Below, piece by piece: positions 44,510-58,671 of a stretch of DNA of 64,000 nucleotides. A program made the position numbers and the translations under genes. The stretch comes from Eledone cirrhosa. Taxonomy: Eukaryota. The notes under the pieces were generated by a model. The model worked only from the letters and a program-made list of their open reading frames with translations. It made no database searches and was not told the origin of the DNA. The number at the start of each line of letters is the position of its first letter. The first letter of the stretch is position 1. The DNA is taken from positions 14,136,001 to 14,200,000 of the forward strand of contig OZ024762.1 of NCBI GenBank assembly GCA_964016885.1, in the 5' to 3' direction.

Positions 44510-45510
44510 ATAGGAGGCTAAGAAGAAGTGTTTGGTTAAACGGTTTCTGTGAAACGACATGATGTAAATACGAGACTGGGGTACATGTAGAACTTGAGTG
44601 GTTTTATAACCACCTATGCGCTAAATATTAGACTCAGTAGAGTTTGGGTTCATGGTTTGTGTGAACGGTTATGCTGTAAATATGAGGCTGAAGAATTGGT
44701 AGAATTTATGTGGTTTCGGTGAATAGTCATGCGCTAAACATGAGACTAAGAAGAGTTTGGTTAAACGGTTACGTTGAATGATCAAGCGGTAAATACGAAG
44801 CTGAAGGACTGGTAGAATTTTCACGGTCTCGATGGACATTGAAGCTCTAAATATGAGGCTGTAGGACTGGTAGAAGTTATGGTCATGCGCTAAATATGAG
44901 ACTAAGTAGAGTTTGGAAAGAACCGATTCGGTGAGCGGTCAAGCTGTAAATACGAGGCTGATGGACTGGAAGATATTACGCGGTCTCGGATGATGGTGTG
45001 GCTCTAAATATGAGGCTGTAGGATTGGGGGAAATTAGGTGGTTCCTGTGAACTGTGAAGCTCTAAATATGAGACTGTAAAACTGGTAGAAGTTATGCGGT
45101 TTCTGTGAACGGTGAAGGTGTAAATATGAGGTTAAGAAATATATACACGGTTTCGGTGAACGTTGAAGCTGTAAATACGAGTCTGGGAGTACTGGTGGAA
45201 ATTATGTGGTTTCTGTGAAAGGTCATGCTCTAAATATGAGACTATTGGACTGACAAAAGTTATGCCATTTCTGTGAACTGTCAAGCTCTAAATACGAAAC
45301 TCTAGGTCGGGTAGAAGTTAGACGGTTCCAGCGAAAGACATGCAGTAAATACGAGATTCTAGGACGGGTAAAAGTTAAACACATTTAGTGAATGAACATG
45401 GTGTAAATATTAAGGTGTAGGACTGGTAGAAGTTATAGAGATGCGGTGAAAGATCATGCTCTAAACATGAGGCTATAAGACGGGTATAAGTTAGACATTT
45501 CTAATACGAG
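44510..45510. repeat. Old diverged satellite, ~57-58-bp unit, about 17 copies
   Basis: taaata(t/c)gag.ctg.aggactggtagaa.ttat..ggttt..gtgaa recurs with a ~57-bp period. Confidence 0.8.
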
Positions 45511-45701
45511 TTGATACATCTTAATTCAAATTTCATATATATATATATATATATATAGGAAAAGAGTCAGGACCCCGACAGCTGAGCTCAGGCCGTTTCG
45601 ACAGCTAGATGCGAATACTATCTATACATATATATACACACACACACATACATGAACGCGCAAAATCACACTTACATGTATACATGTACGAATGTGTATG
45701 T

Positions 45702-45751
<50 letters not shown>

Positions 45752-46899
45752 ATATAATGTATAATAGTTGATCTACAAAGGAAGATATCCGTGAATAATT
45801 GGCAACGTTGTACAAATACTTCCTCATCATAAGAAAATATATCCTCATGCATGTTATATTTTTTCTATATTCGCCATTTTGCTTTTATCGTTTTTTACAA
45901 ATTCCTGCATGGAAATTTGCTTTTTTCATCCGGAAAAAACTCATTCTTTCTTAGATTCTTTCCTCTTTTCTTTTTCTTTCTACTTGCTCTTCTTCCCATT
46001 GTTAATGCTGGAGCCATTCATGTCTTCTTTCATGTGTTGTAGGTGTACAAATGGTATTATTTATTTATATTTGTATCTATTCATTGATAGTCACATGGTA
46101 ACACGTGTAGCCTAAAGGTATTATATACACACAGACAGACGCACACCGCACACACACACACACACCACACGCAGACACTCATACACACACCACACACACA
46201 CCACACACATACACACACACCACACACATACACACACAAACACACCAACACACACACCACACACAGACACTCATACACACACCACACACATACACACACA
46301 AACACACAAACACACACACACACACAAACACACATACACACACCACACACACACACCAGAGTCACACACACCACACACACATATACACACATGTAACTGA
46401 TTATTTCGTTGTTTAGAGTCATAATAGTACAGATACACTGAAGCACACACAGACACACACACACACACACAGAAACACACACACACACACAGAAACACAC
46501 ACATATATGTAGACATGAACTTATGAAATAATTTTAAAATCAATTGTGTGTATGTATATGTACGCGAGTGTGTGCGTCATGCTGTATATGTATGATTGTG
46601 TCTGTATACATTTAGGTATGTGTGTGCATGTGTGTGTATCTTTGTGTATCTATGTGTGAGTATTTGTGTGTATCCATGTGTGTGTATGTGTGTGTGTGTG
46701 TATGTGTGTATTTGTGTGTATGTGTGTGTATCCATGTGTGTGTAAGAGTGTGTCTGTATTTGTGTGTGTGTGTGTGTATTTGTGTGTATGTGTAGGATGT
46801 CAATTTATCTTAGTTTCTAAATATGGATATAATTAAAGAAGGTAAAAATACTTAAAAGTAATGTGTTGGTATTGATAAATTGTTTGTACTGAGAAGAGG

Positions 46900-46957
<58 letters not shown>

Positions 46958-47064
46958 TTATATATATATATATACTTATATATATATATATGTGTATATA
47001 TATATATATATACAGACATATGTGCACATATATATACTTATATATATATATATATATATATATA

Positions 47065-47110
<46 letters not shown>

Positions 47111-47120
47111 TATATATATA

Positions 47121-47158
<38 letters not shown>

Positions 47159-47190
47159 CATATGTATATATATATATACACAGACATATA

Positions 47191-47236
<46 letters not shown>

Positions 47237-47246
47237 CACATATGTC

Positions 47247-47279
<33 letters not shown>

Positions 47280-47447
47280 TAGTGGAGATACATAACGTAG
47301 AAGGTGGTGTGTTGGTCTACTGATTGTAAAGCAATATTACAGGGCTGTGCCTTGTGTCCTTGAGCAAGTCTCTTCATTTCACATCGCTTCATTCCAATCA
47401 GCTCGGAAGAAAATGAATCGTATTCTTAATTCAAAGGGCCAGCTTTG

Positions 47448-47539
47448 TCATCATCATCATCATCATCTTCACCATCACCATCACCATCTTCATCACCATC
47501 ACCATCTTCATCATCATCACCATCATCATCACCATCACC

Positions 47540-47570
<31 letters not shown>

Positions 47571-48245
47571 CGACAGTGGTTATGAAGATGAAGATAAAGA
47601 ATAATGATGAACAGGTTGATGATGCTTATGATGTTGATGATGCTGATGATGATGATGATGATGCTGCTTATGATGATGATGATGATGATGATGATGCTTA
47701 TGGTGATGATGATGATGATGGTTATGATGATGGTGATGAAGCTTATGATGATGACGCGTATGGTGACGATGATGATGGTGATCATGGTGATGGTGGCGAC
47801 GATGATTCTGATAATGATGGTTGTGTGTGATGATGATGATGATGATGGTGATGTTGATTGTTATGAGGATGCGGTGATGATGGGTATGATTGTGACGGTG
47901 ACGGTTATGATGGTTATGGTGATGATGGTGATGGTTATGGTGGTGATGGTTATGGTAAGGGTTATGATGGTGATGGTGATGGTTATGATGGTGATGGTGA
48001 TGGTTATGATGGTGATGGTGATGGTGATGGTGATGGTGATGGTTATGATGGTGATGGTGTTGATGTTTATGGTAAGTGTTATGATGGTTATGGTGATGGT
48101 TATGATGGTTATGGTGATGGTTATGATGGTGATGGTGATGGTTATGATGGTTATGGTAAGTGTTATGATGGTTATGGTGCTGATGGTTATGGTAAGGGTT
48201 ATGATGGTTATGATGGTGATGGTTATGATGGTGATGGTTATGATG
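47448..48245. repeat. (CAT)n followed by (GAT/GGT)n triplet tracts
   Basis: Direct inspection; preceded by an S1 SINE remnant at ~47345-47420. Confidence 0.9.
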
Positions 48246-48811
48246 CTATATGTGATTAGGTACACAACCATCCTTTGATGTCCAGAAAATCAGAAACATT
48301 CCTCTTGTAAGTTTTAAACCTTCCATATTACTAATTGACTTACTCTCTCTCCCTCTCCCCTCTCCCCCTCTCTCTCCCTCTCCCCCTCTCTCTCTTATAC
48401 TCCTTCTCTCTCTGTCTTATACTCCCTCTCTCTCTGGCGCTCTCTCTCGTTCTATGTCTTACTTTCTCTTTTTCTTTTGTATTTCTCACTCATCCTCTTT
48501 CCGTTTTTCTCTCTGTCTATGTATCTGTTTGTCTAACTCTTTGTCTCTCTGTCCGTCGGTCTGCAGTCTCTCTCTTAGTCTCTCTCCCTCTCTTTGTCTC
48601 TCTGTATGTCTCCCTCTTTGTCTCTTGAGCTCTTCTCTCTCTCTCTCCCTTTGTATGTTTCTATGCCAGGCTTTCTCTTTCTATCTCTTTGTCTGAGAAC
48701 AATATATATACGTACACAAACATATATACACACACACACACATATATATATATACATATACATATAAATATATATATATATACATATACATATAAATATA
48801 CATAAATAAAA

Positions 48812-48878
<67 letters not shown>

Positions 48879-49181
48879 CAGATATAAAAAGAAATAGTAT
48901 TTGTGTGTATATATATATATATATACACACAAATACTATTTCTTTCTATATCTGCTTTCTTTATCAATTTCCTTTTCTTATTACTTCCAACTACCTATTT
49001 CCCCGCCTACAACTTTATTCGCTACCTTCCTGTCCCCTTTTTATCAAAATATTTCCCTCTCTTCCCTGTTTTCACCATTCTATTCATACCGACAGATATT
49101 TCTTTAACCTTATTCCAAACCCTTTCTTTTCCACCATTAAACCCAACAGAAATGAAACAATACTATATATATATATATATA

Positions 49182-49297
<116 letters not shown>

Positions 49298-49357
49298 TAT
49301 ATATATATATATGCATATATATATATATATATGCATATATATATATATATATATATA

Positions 49358-49457
<100 letters not shown>

Positions 49458-49578
49458 TATATATATATATATATATATATATTGTTATGCTTTGGGAGGG
49501 TCATGTTGCCATATTCAGAGACGAAATACATATATATACGCATATCTATATATGTAAGCAAGTGTGTATGTATGTATG

Positions 49579-49615
<37 letters not shown>

Positions 49616-50305
49616 GCATGTATATGTATGTAAATATGGATATGGTAAGTATGTGTATATGTATTTATATGCGTATATATATAGATATGTATTTATATAT
49701 GTATATGTATTTCAATGAAAATGTATGTATGTGTGTATATATGTGTGTGTATATATGTATATATACATATGTAGGTATGCATATATATATATATATGCAT
49801 GTATATATATATGTAAATATGGATATGGTAAGTATGTGTATATGTATTTATATGCGTATATATATACATATGTATTTATATATGTATATGTATTTCAATG
49901 AAAATGTATGTATGTGTGTGTATATATGTGTGTGTGTATATATGTATATATATGTATATATACATATGTAGGTATGCATATATATATATATGTATATGTA
50001 TGTATATATACATATGTAGATATTCATATATATATATATATTTATATATATATATATATATATATATGTGCATATATATACATACAACGTACAGCATTAA
50101 TAGGCACTCAAAACAATTCCCTACACGACATGATCCGGTCTCACTATCACCACCACCACCACCACCACCTCAGCCACGCCCTCCCAGACTCACAGCCACA
50201 CACTAAACCATTTTAGCTTCATTATAAGTACATTCCTTGCATACCTGACTAAAATATTCTCTGCTTTGACAAGCACAAAGGCGTAATTAAACGTGTAAAT
50301 AAATA

Positions 50306-50348
<43 letters not shown>

Positions 50349-50459
50349 ATATATGTATATATATGTATATATGTATATATATGTATATATGTATATATTT
50401 ATATATATGTATATATATATATGTATATATTTATATATATGTATATATTTATATATATG

Positions 50460-50490
<31 letters not shown>

Positions 50491-50507
50491 GTATATTTAT
50501 ATATATG

Positions 50508-50619
<112 letters not shown>

Positions 50620-50658
50620 TGTATATTTATATATATGTATATATATATATTTATGTAT

Positions 50659-50858
50659 NNNNNNNNNNNNNNNNNNNNNNNNNNNNNNNNNNNNNNNNNN
50701 NNNNNNNNNNNNNNNNNNNNNNNNNNNNNNNNNNNNNNNNNNNNNNNNNNNNNNNNNNNNNNNNNNNNNNNNNNNNNNNNNNNNNNNNNNNNNNNNNNNN
50801 NNNNNNNNNNNNNNNNNNNNNNNNNNNNNNNNNNNNNNNNNNNNNNNNNNNNNNNNNN
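50659..50858. other. Assembly gap (200 N)
   Basis: Run of n; contiguity and orientation across it are not guaranteed. Confidence 1.
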
Positions 50859-51070
50859 TGTGCGTGTGTATGTGTGTGAGCCTGTGTGTGTTATGGGTGT
50901 CTGCCTGTATGTGCGTGTGTGCGTGTGTGTGTGTGTATGTGTGTGAGCCTGTGTGTGTTATGGGTGTCTGTCTGTATGTGTGTGTGTGTATGTCTAAGTG
51001 AGTGTATGTATGTGTGTGTAATTATATGCGGATGTTTGCAAGTAAATTTTTACCTGTATTACATTCTTTC

Positions 51071-51144
<74 letters not shown>

Positions 51145-51145
51145 G

Positions 51146-51234
<89 letters not shown>

Positions 51235-51247
51235 GTATATATATATG

Positions 51248-51300
<53 letters not shown>

Positions 51301-51379
51301 GTATATGTATATATATATGTATATATATCTATATATGTATATGTATATATATATGTATATATATCTATATATGTATATG

Positions 51380-51411
<32 letters not shown>

Positions 51412-51422
51412 TGTATATATAT

Positions 51423-51900
51423 AGATGAGATTCTACAGGACTAGAACTGTTTCATTCATTAGAAATCATCAGGAATCTGGGTATCAAAAAATAAATATGG
51501 TATTTATAGGTCTCTACAAGTGGTAGGAGAGGGTGGGGAGTGGGATGGGTGCAGGTCATTGGTTGATAGAGAAGGGAATTCATTAAAGGCTAATTCTACA
51601 TAGCTATAGTTAATTTATATTTATTTATGTTTTTAGAGTAACAAAGGCAGACAGAAATCTATAAACAAGTTCCGGATGGCATACCATTCCTTGTCAATAA
51701 GTTTCTCTTAAGCTAGCAGATGTCTATAAAATCAGTAGGGGGTCATTCATGCTCGATAGAATTAAAGAAAAGGGAGATTCTTTAAAAGCTAAAGTCATTA
51801 AGTTCTGCTAAGTGACAAAGGTCTAGGGAATTCTGCAGACAGATTCAAAATACTGAGTGCATATCTTACTATTATCTTCGAACTTCTCCTAAACTAATCA
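51423..51900 (-). mobile_element. Family B element with an intact HHR (51428-51478) and a long upstream region
   Basis: agattc CTGATGA tttc-taat-gaat GAAA cag-ttctagtc-ctgt A gaatct; 51480-51560 matches 61436-61520; the upstream boundary is uncertain. Confidence 0.7.
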
Positions 51901-52216
51901 ACAATATGCCAAATCAACAGACACATTCACAAAAAAACAAAAAAACCCCAAAAAAACCAAAAAAACAGAAAAACAAAAAAAACCACACCTAAAAAAAACC
52001 AAAAAAACACACATACTCACTCACACACTTACGCGCAACCATAAACACACACATAAACACAAATACACACATAAAAACACACACACATATATAAAAAAAA
52101 GTATATAAATATATACAAATATATATTCATGTACACGCACATACATACACACATACATACATACATACATATATAAAATACATATACACATATACATACG
52201 CACACATATATAATAC

Positions 52217-52276
<60 letters not shown>

Positions 52277-52277
52277 C

Positions 52278-52343
<66 letters not shown>

Positions 52344-52462
52344 TACATATACACATATACACATATATATATATATATATACACACATACACACACACAC
52401 ACATACATACATATATATATACATATACATATATACACACATACATATATATACACAAATAT

Positions 52463-52499
<37 letters not shown>

Positions 52500-52684
52500 C
52501 ATACATATATATATATATATACATACACATATATATATATATATATACACACACACACGGATACACACACACATACACATACATACACACATACACACAA
52601 ATATATATACACAAGTAAATACACTCACACGCATACATACAAACACGAGTATACATATGTATAAATATCTATACACACACACAT

Positions 52685-52742
<58 letters not shown>

Positions 52743-52850
52743 ATATACACACATACATACACACACACATACACATATATACACATACACACACATATAT
52801 ACATATATATACATATATATACATACAAATATATATATATATACATACAC

Positions 52851-52895
<45 letters not shown>

Positions 52896-53149
52896 AATAC
52901 ATACATACACACACACACACATACATACATATATATATATCTCTCTAAATACACACATACAAATACATATATATATATATATACATATATATACACATGT
53001 ATATATATATATATATATACACATATATATATATATATATACACATATCCATACATACACAAACATACACATGCATACACAGACCTATACATAAATATAC
53101 ACATATATATACAGAGATATAACGCACAAATACACACACATATATACAT

Positions 53150-53196
<47 letters not shown>

Positions 53197-53221
53197 CACA
53201 CACACGCATACACACACACAT

Positions 53222-53273
<52 letters not shown>

Positions 53274-53341
53274 GCGTGCATACACACATACACACACCCA
53301 CACACAAAATATATATACACACACACATTCTCTCTCTCATG

Positions 53342-53445
<104 letters not shown>

Positions 53446-53494
53446 CATATACACAGACACATACAAATACATACATACACACACATACACATAC

Positions 53495-53535
<41 letters not shown>

Positions 53536-53694
53536 TATACATATATATATATATACACGCATGCATATACACATACATATACATATACATACACATACGT
53601 ACATACACACACACACATATATGTACATATACACTCACAAATACACACACAAACACACAGATATACATATACATACACACAAACACATACATAT

Positions 53695-53741
<47 letters not shown>

Positions 53742-53778
53742 CGCACACATATACACACATACACACGCACACGCACAC

Positions 53779-53819
<41 letters not shown>

Positions 53820-53832
53820 TACACATACATAT

Positions 53833-53872
<40 letters not shown>

Positions 53873-54057
53873 CCTATATATACATATATACATACATATA
53901 TATATACACATATACACATACACATACACATACATATACATATATACACATATATACACAGACAAATATATACACACATACACATATACAAACATACATA
54001 TACATACACATACATACACACACACATATACATACACATACAAATACATACATATAC

Positions 54058-54116
<59 letters not shown>

Positions 54117-54638
54117 TACAAATACATACATACACACACATACATACATACATATACATACATACACACACATACATACATACATACATACATAAATACA
54201 GACACATACAAACATATACCTGCATAAATATACACACATAAAACACGTATTCACACAAACATATATATATATATACACATATATACATACACACACACAT
54301 ATACATATATATATATATATATACATATAAATATATATACATATATATATATATACATATACACATATATATATATATATATACACATACACATACATAT
54401 ATATATACACACACAACACATACACATATACACATATACAGACAAATATATACACATACAAGTAAATAGGTACTCAATAAATATACGCATATACACAGGC
54501 ACATAAAGACACCTCTACAGGGAGAAAAAGTAGATACAAAAGAGGTACTCACATGACCATAGTGGCCGTATTTCAGGTTGAGGAGGGGTGGGGGTAGGGT
54601 GGGGAGGAGGTATAGGGGCCAATAGGGGGAGGTCGTTT

Positions 54639-54900
54639 TTAGCCATCGGGCTTTAACACTGGCTTAAAGTGTTTGAATGTTGCAAAGTTCTTGTGCATGC
54701 AGTTCGGGCAGTGTTCAGAGAGTTTGTTCAGTAGCGGGCCCTTGGCGAACAAAATTTCGTAACTCTCTGAGATACAAAGGTCGCAGCCCTTGTGTCCTCC
54801 GTCGTAAGAGCGCGCTTTCTGGAGTATTTTCCAATTAAGCGTGAAGGGGGTGGAGTTCCTTTTGAGGTCCCAAACGTAGGAGGCGAGTGTTGTTGGAGGC
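54639..54900 (-). pseudogene. Penelope-like element GIY-YIG endonuclease C-terminal fragment, 5'-truncated
   Basis: TTLASYVWDLK...FTLNWKILQKARSY...CDLCISESYEI...LLNKLSE...CMHKNF fits the PLE EN tail pattern 'T.LS..IW.LK....I.W.IL.....Y.....C.LC..EK..I....LLNKRSE...CRH'; followed by a C-rich 3' UTR. Confidence 0.8.
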
Positions 54901-55101
54901 GAGTGTTGTTTGGTTTGATTTATCCGGTCTTCTGAAGGAGTGGGTATGGGCATACCAGCGGGTCTTAAAGGTGTTGGATGTCATGCCGATGTAAGTTTTT
55001 TATATATATATGTATATATATATATATATGTATATATATATGTGTATATATATATATATATGTGTATATATATATATATATGTGTATATATATATTATAT
55101 G

Positions 55102-55212
<111 letters not shown>

Positions 55213-55219
55213 GTATATA

Positions 55220-55382
<163 letters not shown>

Positions 55383-55383
55383 G

Positions 55384-55486
<103 letters not shown>

Positions 55487-55497
55487 GTATATATATG

Positions 55498-55594
<97 letters not shown>

Positions 55595-55821
55595 GTATAT
55601 ATATATATGTATATATATATAAATATATATGTATATATATATATATATAAATATATATGTATATATGTATATATATATAAATATATATATATATGTATAT
55701 ATATATAAATATATATGTATATATATATATATATAAATATATATGTATATATATATATATGTATATAAATATATATGTATATATATATATATATAAATAT
55801 ATATGTATATATATATATATG

Positions 55822-55868
<47 letters not shown>

Positions 55869-55894
55869 GTATATATATATATATATATATAAAT

Positions 55895-55950
<56 letters not shown>

Positions 55951-55976
55951 GTATATATATATATATATATATAAAT

Positions 55977-56009
<33 letters not shown>

Positions 56010-56012
56010 AAT

Positions 56013-56067
<55 letters not shown>

Positions 56068-56070
56068 AAT

Positions 56071-56143
<73 letters not shown>

Positions 56144-56787
56144 TATATATAAATATATATATATATATGTGTGTGTATAAATATGTACATATATACTTAC
56201 ATACATATATATGTGTGTGTGTGTGTGAGTATTTCCGAAGAAAAAGCAAATATACATTATACATACATTTATACATACATACATACTTACATATATACAT
56301 ATATGGTGGCTGCCAACTCGTTTTCGAGTACGGCCACTACTTTATATCCATGTAGGAGAACCCCTACCGATGCGCTGAACAAGTGTGACTTTTTAGTCCA
56401 GCCTGCGACTTGAAAACTCTGGTACAAACACTACACTTGTGACAATTATTGATACATAGTGCTGGGCCCATGGTACCATGTGACGACAAGTGCAGAGAGA
56501 TCTCCAGATACAAAGCAATGCCTGTGCCGTGAAGCTTTTATAGTGAGCAAAGGCACTGCACAAAGCCAGTCCCACTCTCTTAACCAAGATATACATATAT
56601 ACATATATACATATATACATGTATACATATATACATACATACATTTATACATACATACATGTATACATATATACATGTATACATATATATATACATACAT
56701 ACATACATTATACATACTTACATATATACATATATACATATATACATATATACATGTATACATTTATACATATATACTTACATACAT

Positions 56788-56821
<34 letters not shown>

Positions 56822-57235
56822 ACATACACACACACACATACATACACACATACACACATACACACATACATACACACATACATACACACACACACACATA
56901 CATACACACATACATACACACATTCATACACACATTCATACACACATACACACACACATACACACACACATACACACACACATACACACATTCATACAGG
57001 TATGATAGCGAAAAGAAATCTTACATTCTTTAGGAAGCCCATCGCCTGTGTGTTCGTGCGTGCGTGTGTGTGTGTGTGTTTGTATATGTATATGTGTGTG
57101 TGTTTGTATATATGTATGTGTGTATATATATGTGTGTGTATATACAACCTTTCTCTTACATCATCATGGGGGTTTGCTTGGTAATGTAGCTAAGTGAAAT
57201 CCGTTACCAGCCCACCTGAGTGTATAAATATATAA

Positions 57236-57266
<31 letters not shown>

Positions 57267-57442
57267 TATATAGATGTATAACTTCTCTGCTCTATTTCAC
57301 ACACTGACGTAGAAACATTTACCTACATGTCTAGGAAACTCCGAGTAACATCTGCGGAAGTAATTTACTGTCACACACACACGCACATATATATATATAT
57401 ATACATTCATACATATATGTTTACACACACATACATACATAC

Positions 57443-57486
<44 letters not shown>

Positions 57487-57581
57487 TTACTTCTTTTGGG
57501 TTTTTTTCCTTTTTTTCTTCTTCCCCTTTTCTTTTTTTCTTCTTCCCCTTTTCTTTCTTCCTCTATCCTCACTATAACTTC

Positions 57582-57691
57582 TTTCCCTTATGGCTTTTGA
57601 TGGATAAAAGGCCATGGGCGCGATACGGATCGATGTTCTGTTTTAAGCGCCGAAACATCTAAGATCCGTAGTAAACAGCTGACGAAGGAAA
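57582..57691 (+). ncRNA. Family H: non-circularly permuted hammerhead-like RNA, copy 2
   Basis: gatgt-T-ctgttt (57632-57643), gcgcc-GAAAcatc (57647-57659), aaacag-CTGACGA (57673-57685). Confidence 0.7.
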
Positions 57692-57732
57692 ACTTTTCTT
57701 CTCTTGTTTACGTCTCGATTACCTTCTAACAC

Positions 57733-57802
<70 letters not shown>

Positions 57803-57989
57803 CCCACTCTCAAGAGCGTGAAATTAATAAACATTTGTTGTACTGCCTCTCTGTCTTGTCCCTGTTCAAATTTTTCCATTATATATATATATATACATGT
57901 ATACATTCATACATTATATGTATGTATACATTCATACAGATATGTATGTATACATTCATATACATTTCTCGAGAGGAAATTGCTGAAAC

Positions 57990-58033
<44 letters not shown>

Positions 58034-58036
<3 letters not shown>

Positions 58037-58170
58037 GGCCGTCTCTTCAATCTATCTAATTTCTCATTCTTTCTCCTGATGAAGGACTAGCATCCGAAAC
58101 GTTAAGACCCTCTTCTTGCTATTTCAAGCGTTAACCTAATATATTCCTTCCATATACCTGTTTACCTTTT
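58034..58170 (+). mobile_element. Family C element with a minimal HHR-like motif
   Basis: CTGATGA (58076-58082) a-gga-ctagca-tcc GAAACGTT. Confidence 0.6.
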
Positions 58171-58195
58171 ACATACATATAGTGTTAGCAAGTGA

Positions 58196-58320
58196 GGCGA
58201 CACTAACAAGAGATGGAGTGTTTCCTTTCATCAGTTGTCTATTATGGATCTTGTCTATAATGCGCTGACTCGTAGTAGACAACTTATGAAGGGAAACTGG
58301 CTATCCCTCGTGAGTGTCGT
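58196..58320. mobile_element. Decayed, folded-back family H copy
   Basis: Minus arm tagacaaCTGATGAaaggaaac; plus arm gat-C-ttgtct..gcgc...gtagacaaCTTATGAagggaaac; GAAA segment lost. Confidence 0.6.
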
Positions 58321-58457
58321 TATCAATAACCACACAGCGCCATCTCCCTCAATCCATATATTTGTGTGTATATTATATATACACTGGCCAAAATCTATCA
58401 AAGATAGATTTTGGCCAGTATTAGCCCAGGTCATGTCTAACTTAATAGCACCACCGT

Positions 58458-58635
58458 AATATAGAAATGGCTTCTACAGCACAAGAGCAGTTCCATCAGG
58501 AATGATGATTTACTTCGAATGAAACAGATCCAGTCTTGTAGAAGCCATTGCTATATTAAATTTGCTGTATGCACTCTACTAATGTATTGAGTACCTTACT
58601 TAATGTGGTTACCCCCTGAGGAAACCCGAGACTCA
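58458..58635 (+). mobile_element. Diverged family B element with an inverted arm
   Basis: aatatagaaatggcttctaca is inverted relative to tgtagaagccattgctatatt; B tail gagtaccttacttaatgtggttacc. Confidence 0.65.
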
Positions 58636-58671
58636 TATTATATATATATCCAGTGTAACGCGAGGTTACTG

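Noticed and set aside
45760-46060. Possible exon or decayed ORF on the - strand (K/E-rich)
   Set aside because: Multiple stops in the frames examined and no recognisable motif; a database search would be needed.
47347-48278. Poly-His/Asp/Met ORFs
   Set aside because: CAT/GAT triplet tracts adjoining a SINE remnant; no splice or domain evidence.
56300-56590. GC-balanced island with short ORFs
   Set aside because: No family or structure could be assigned from the sequence alone.
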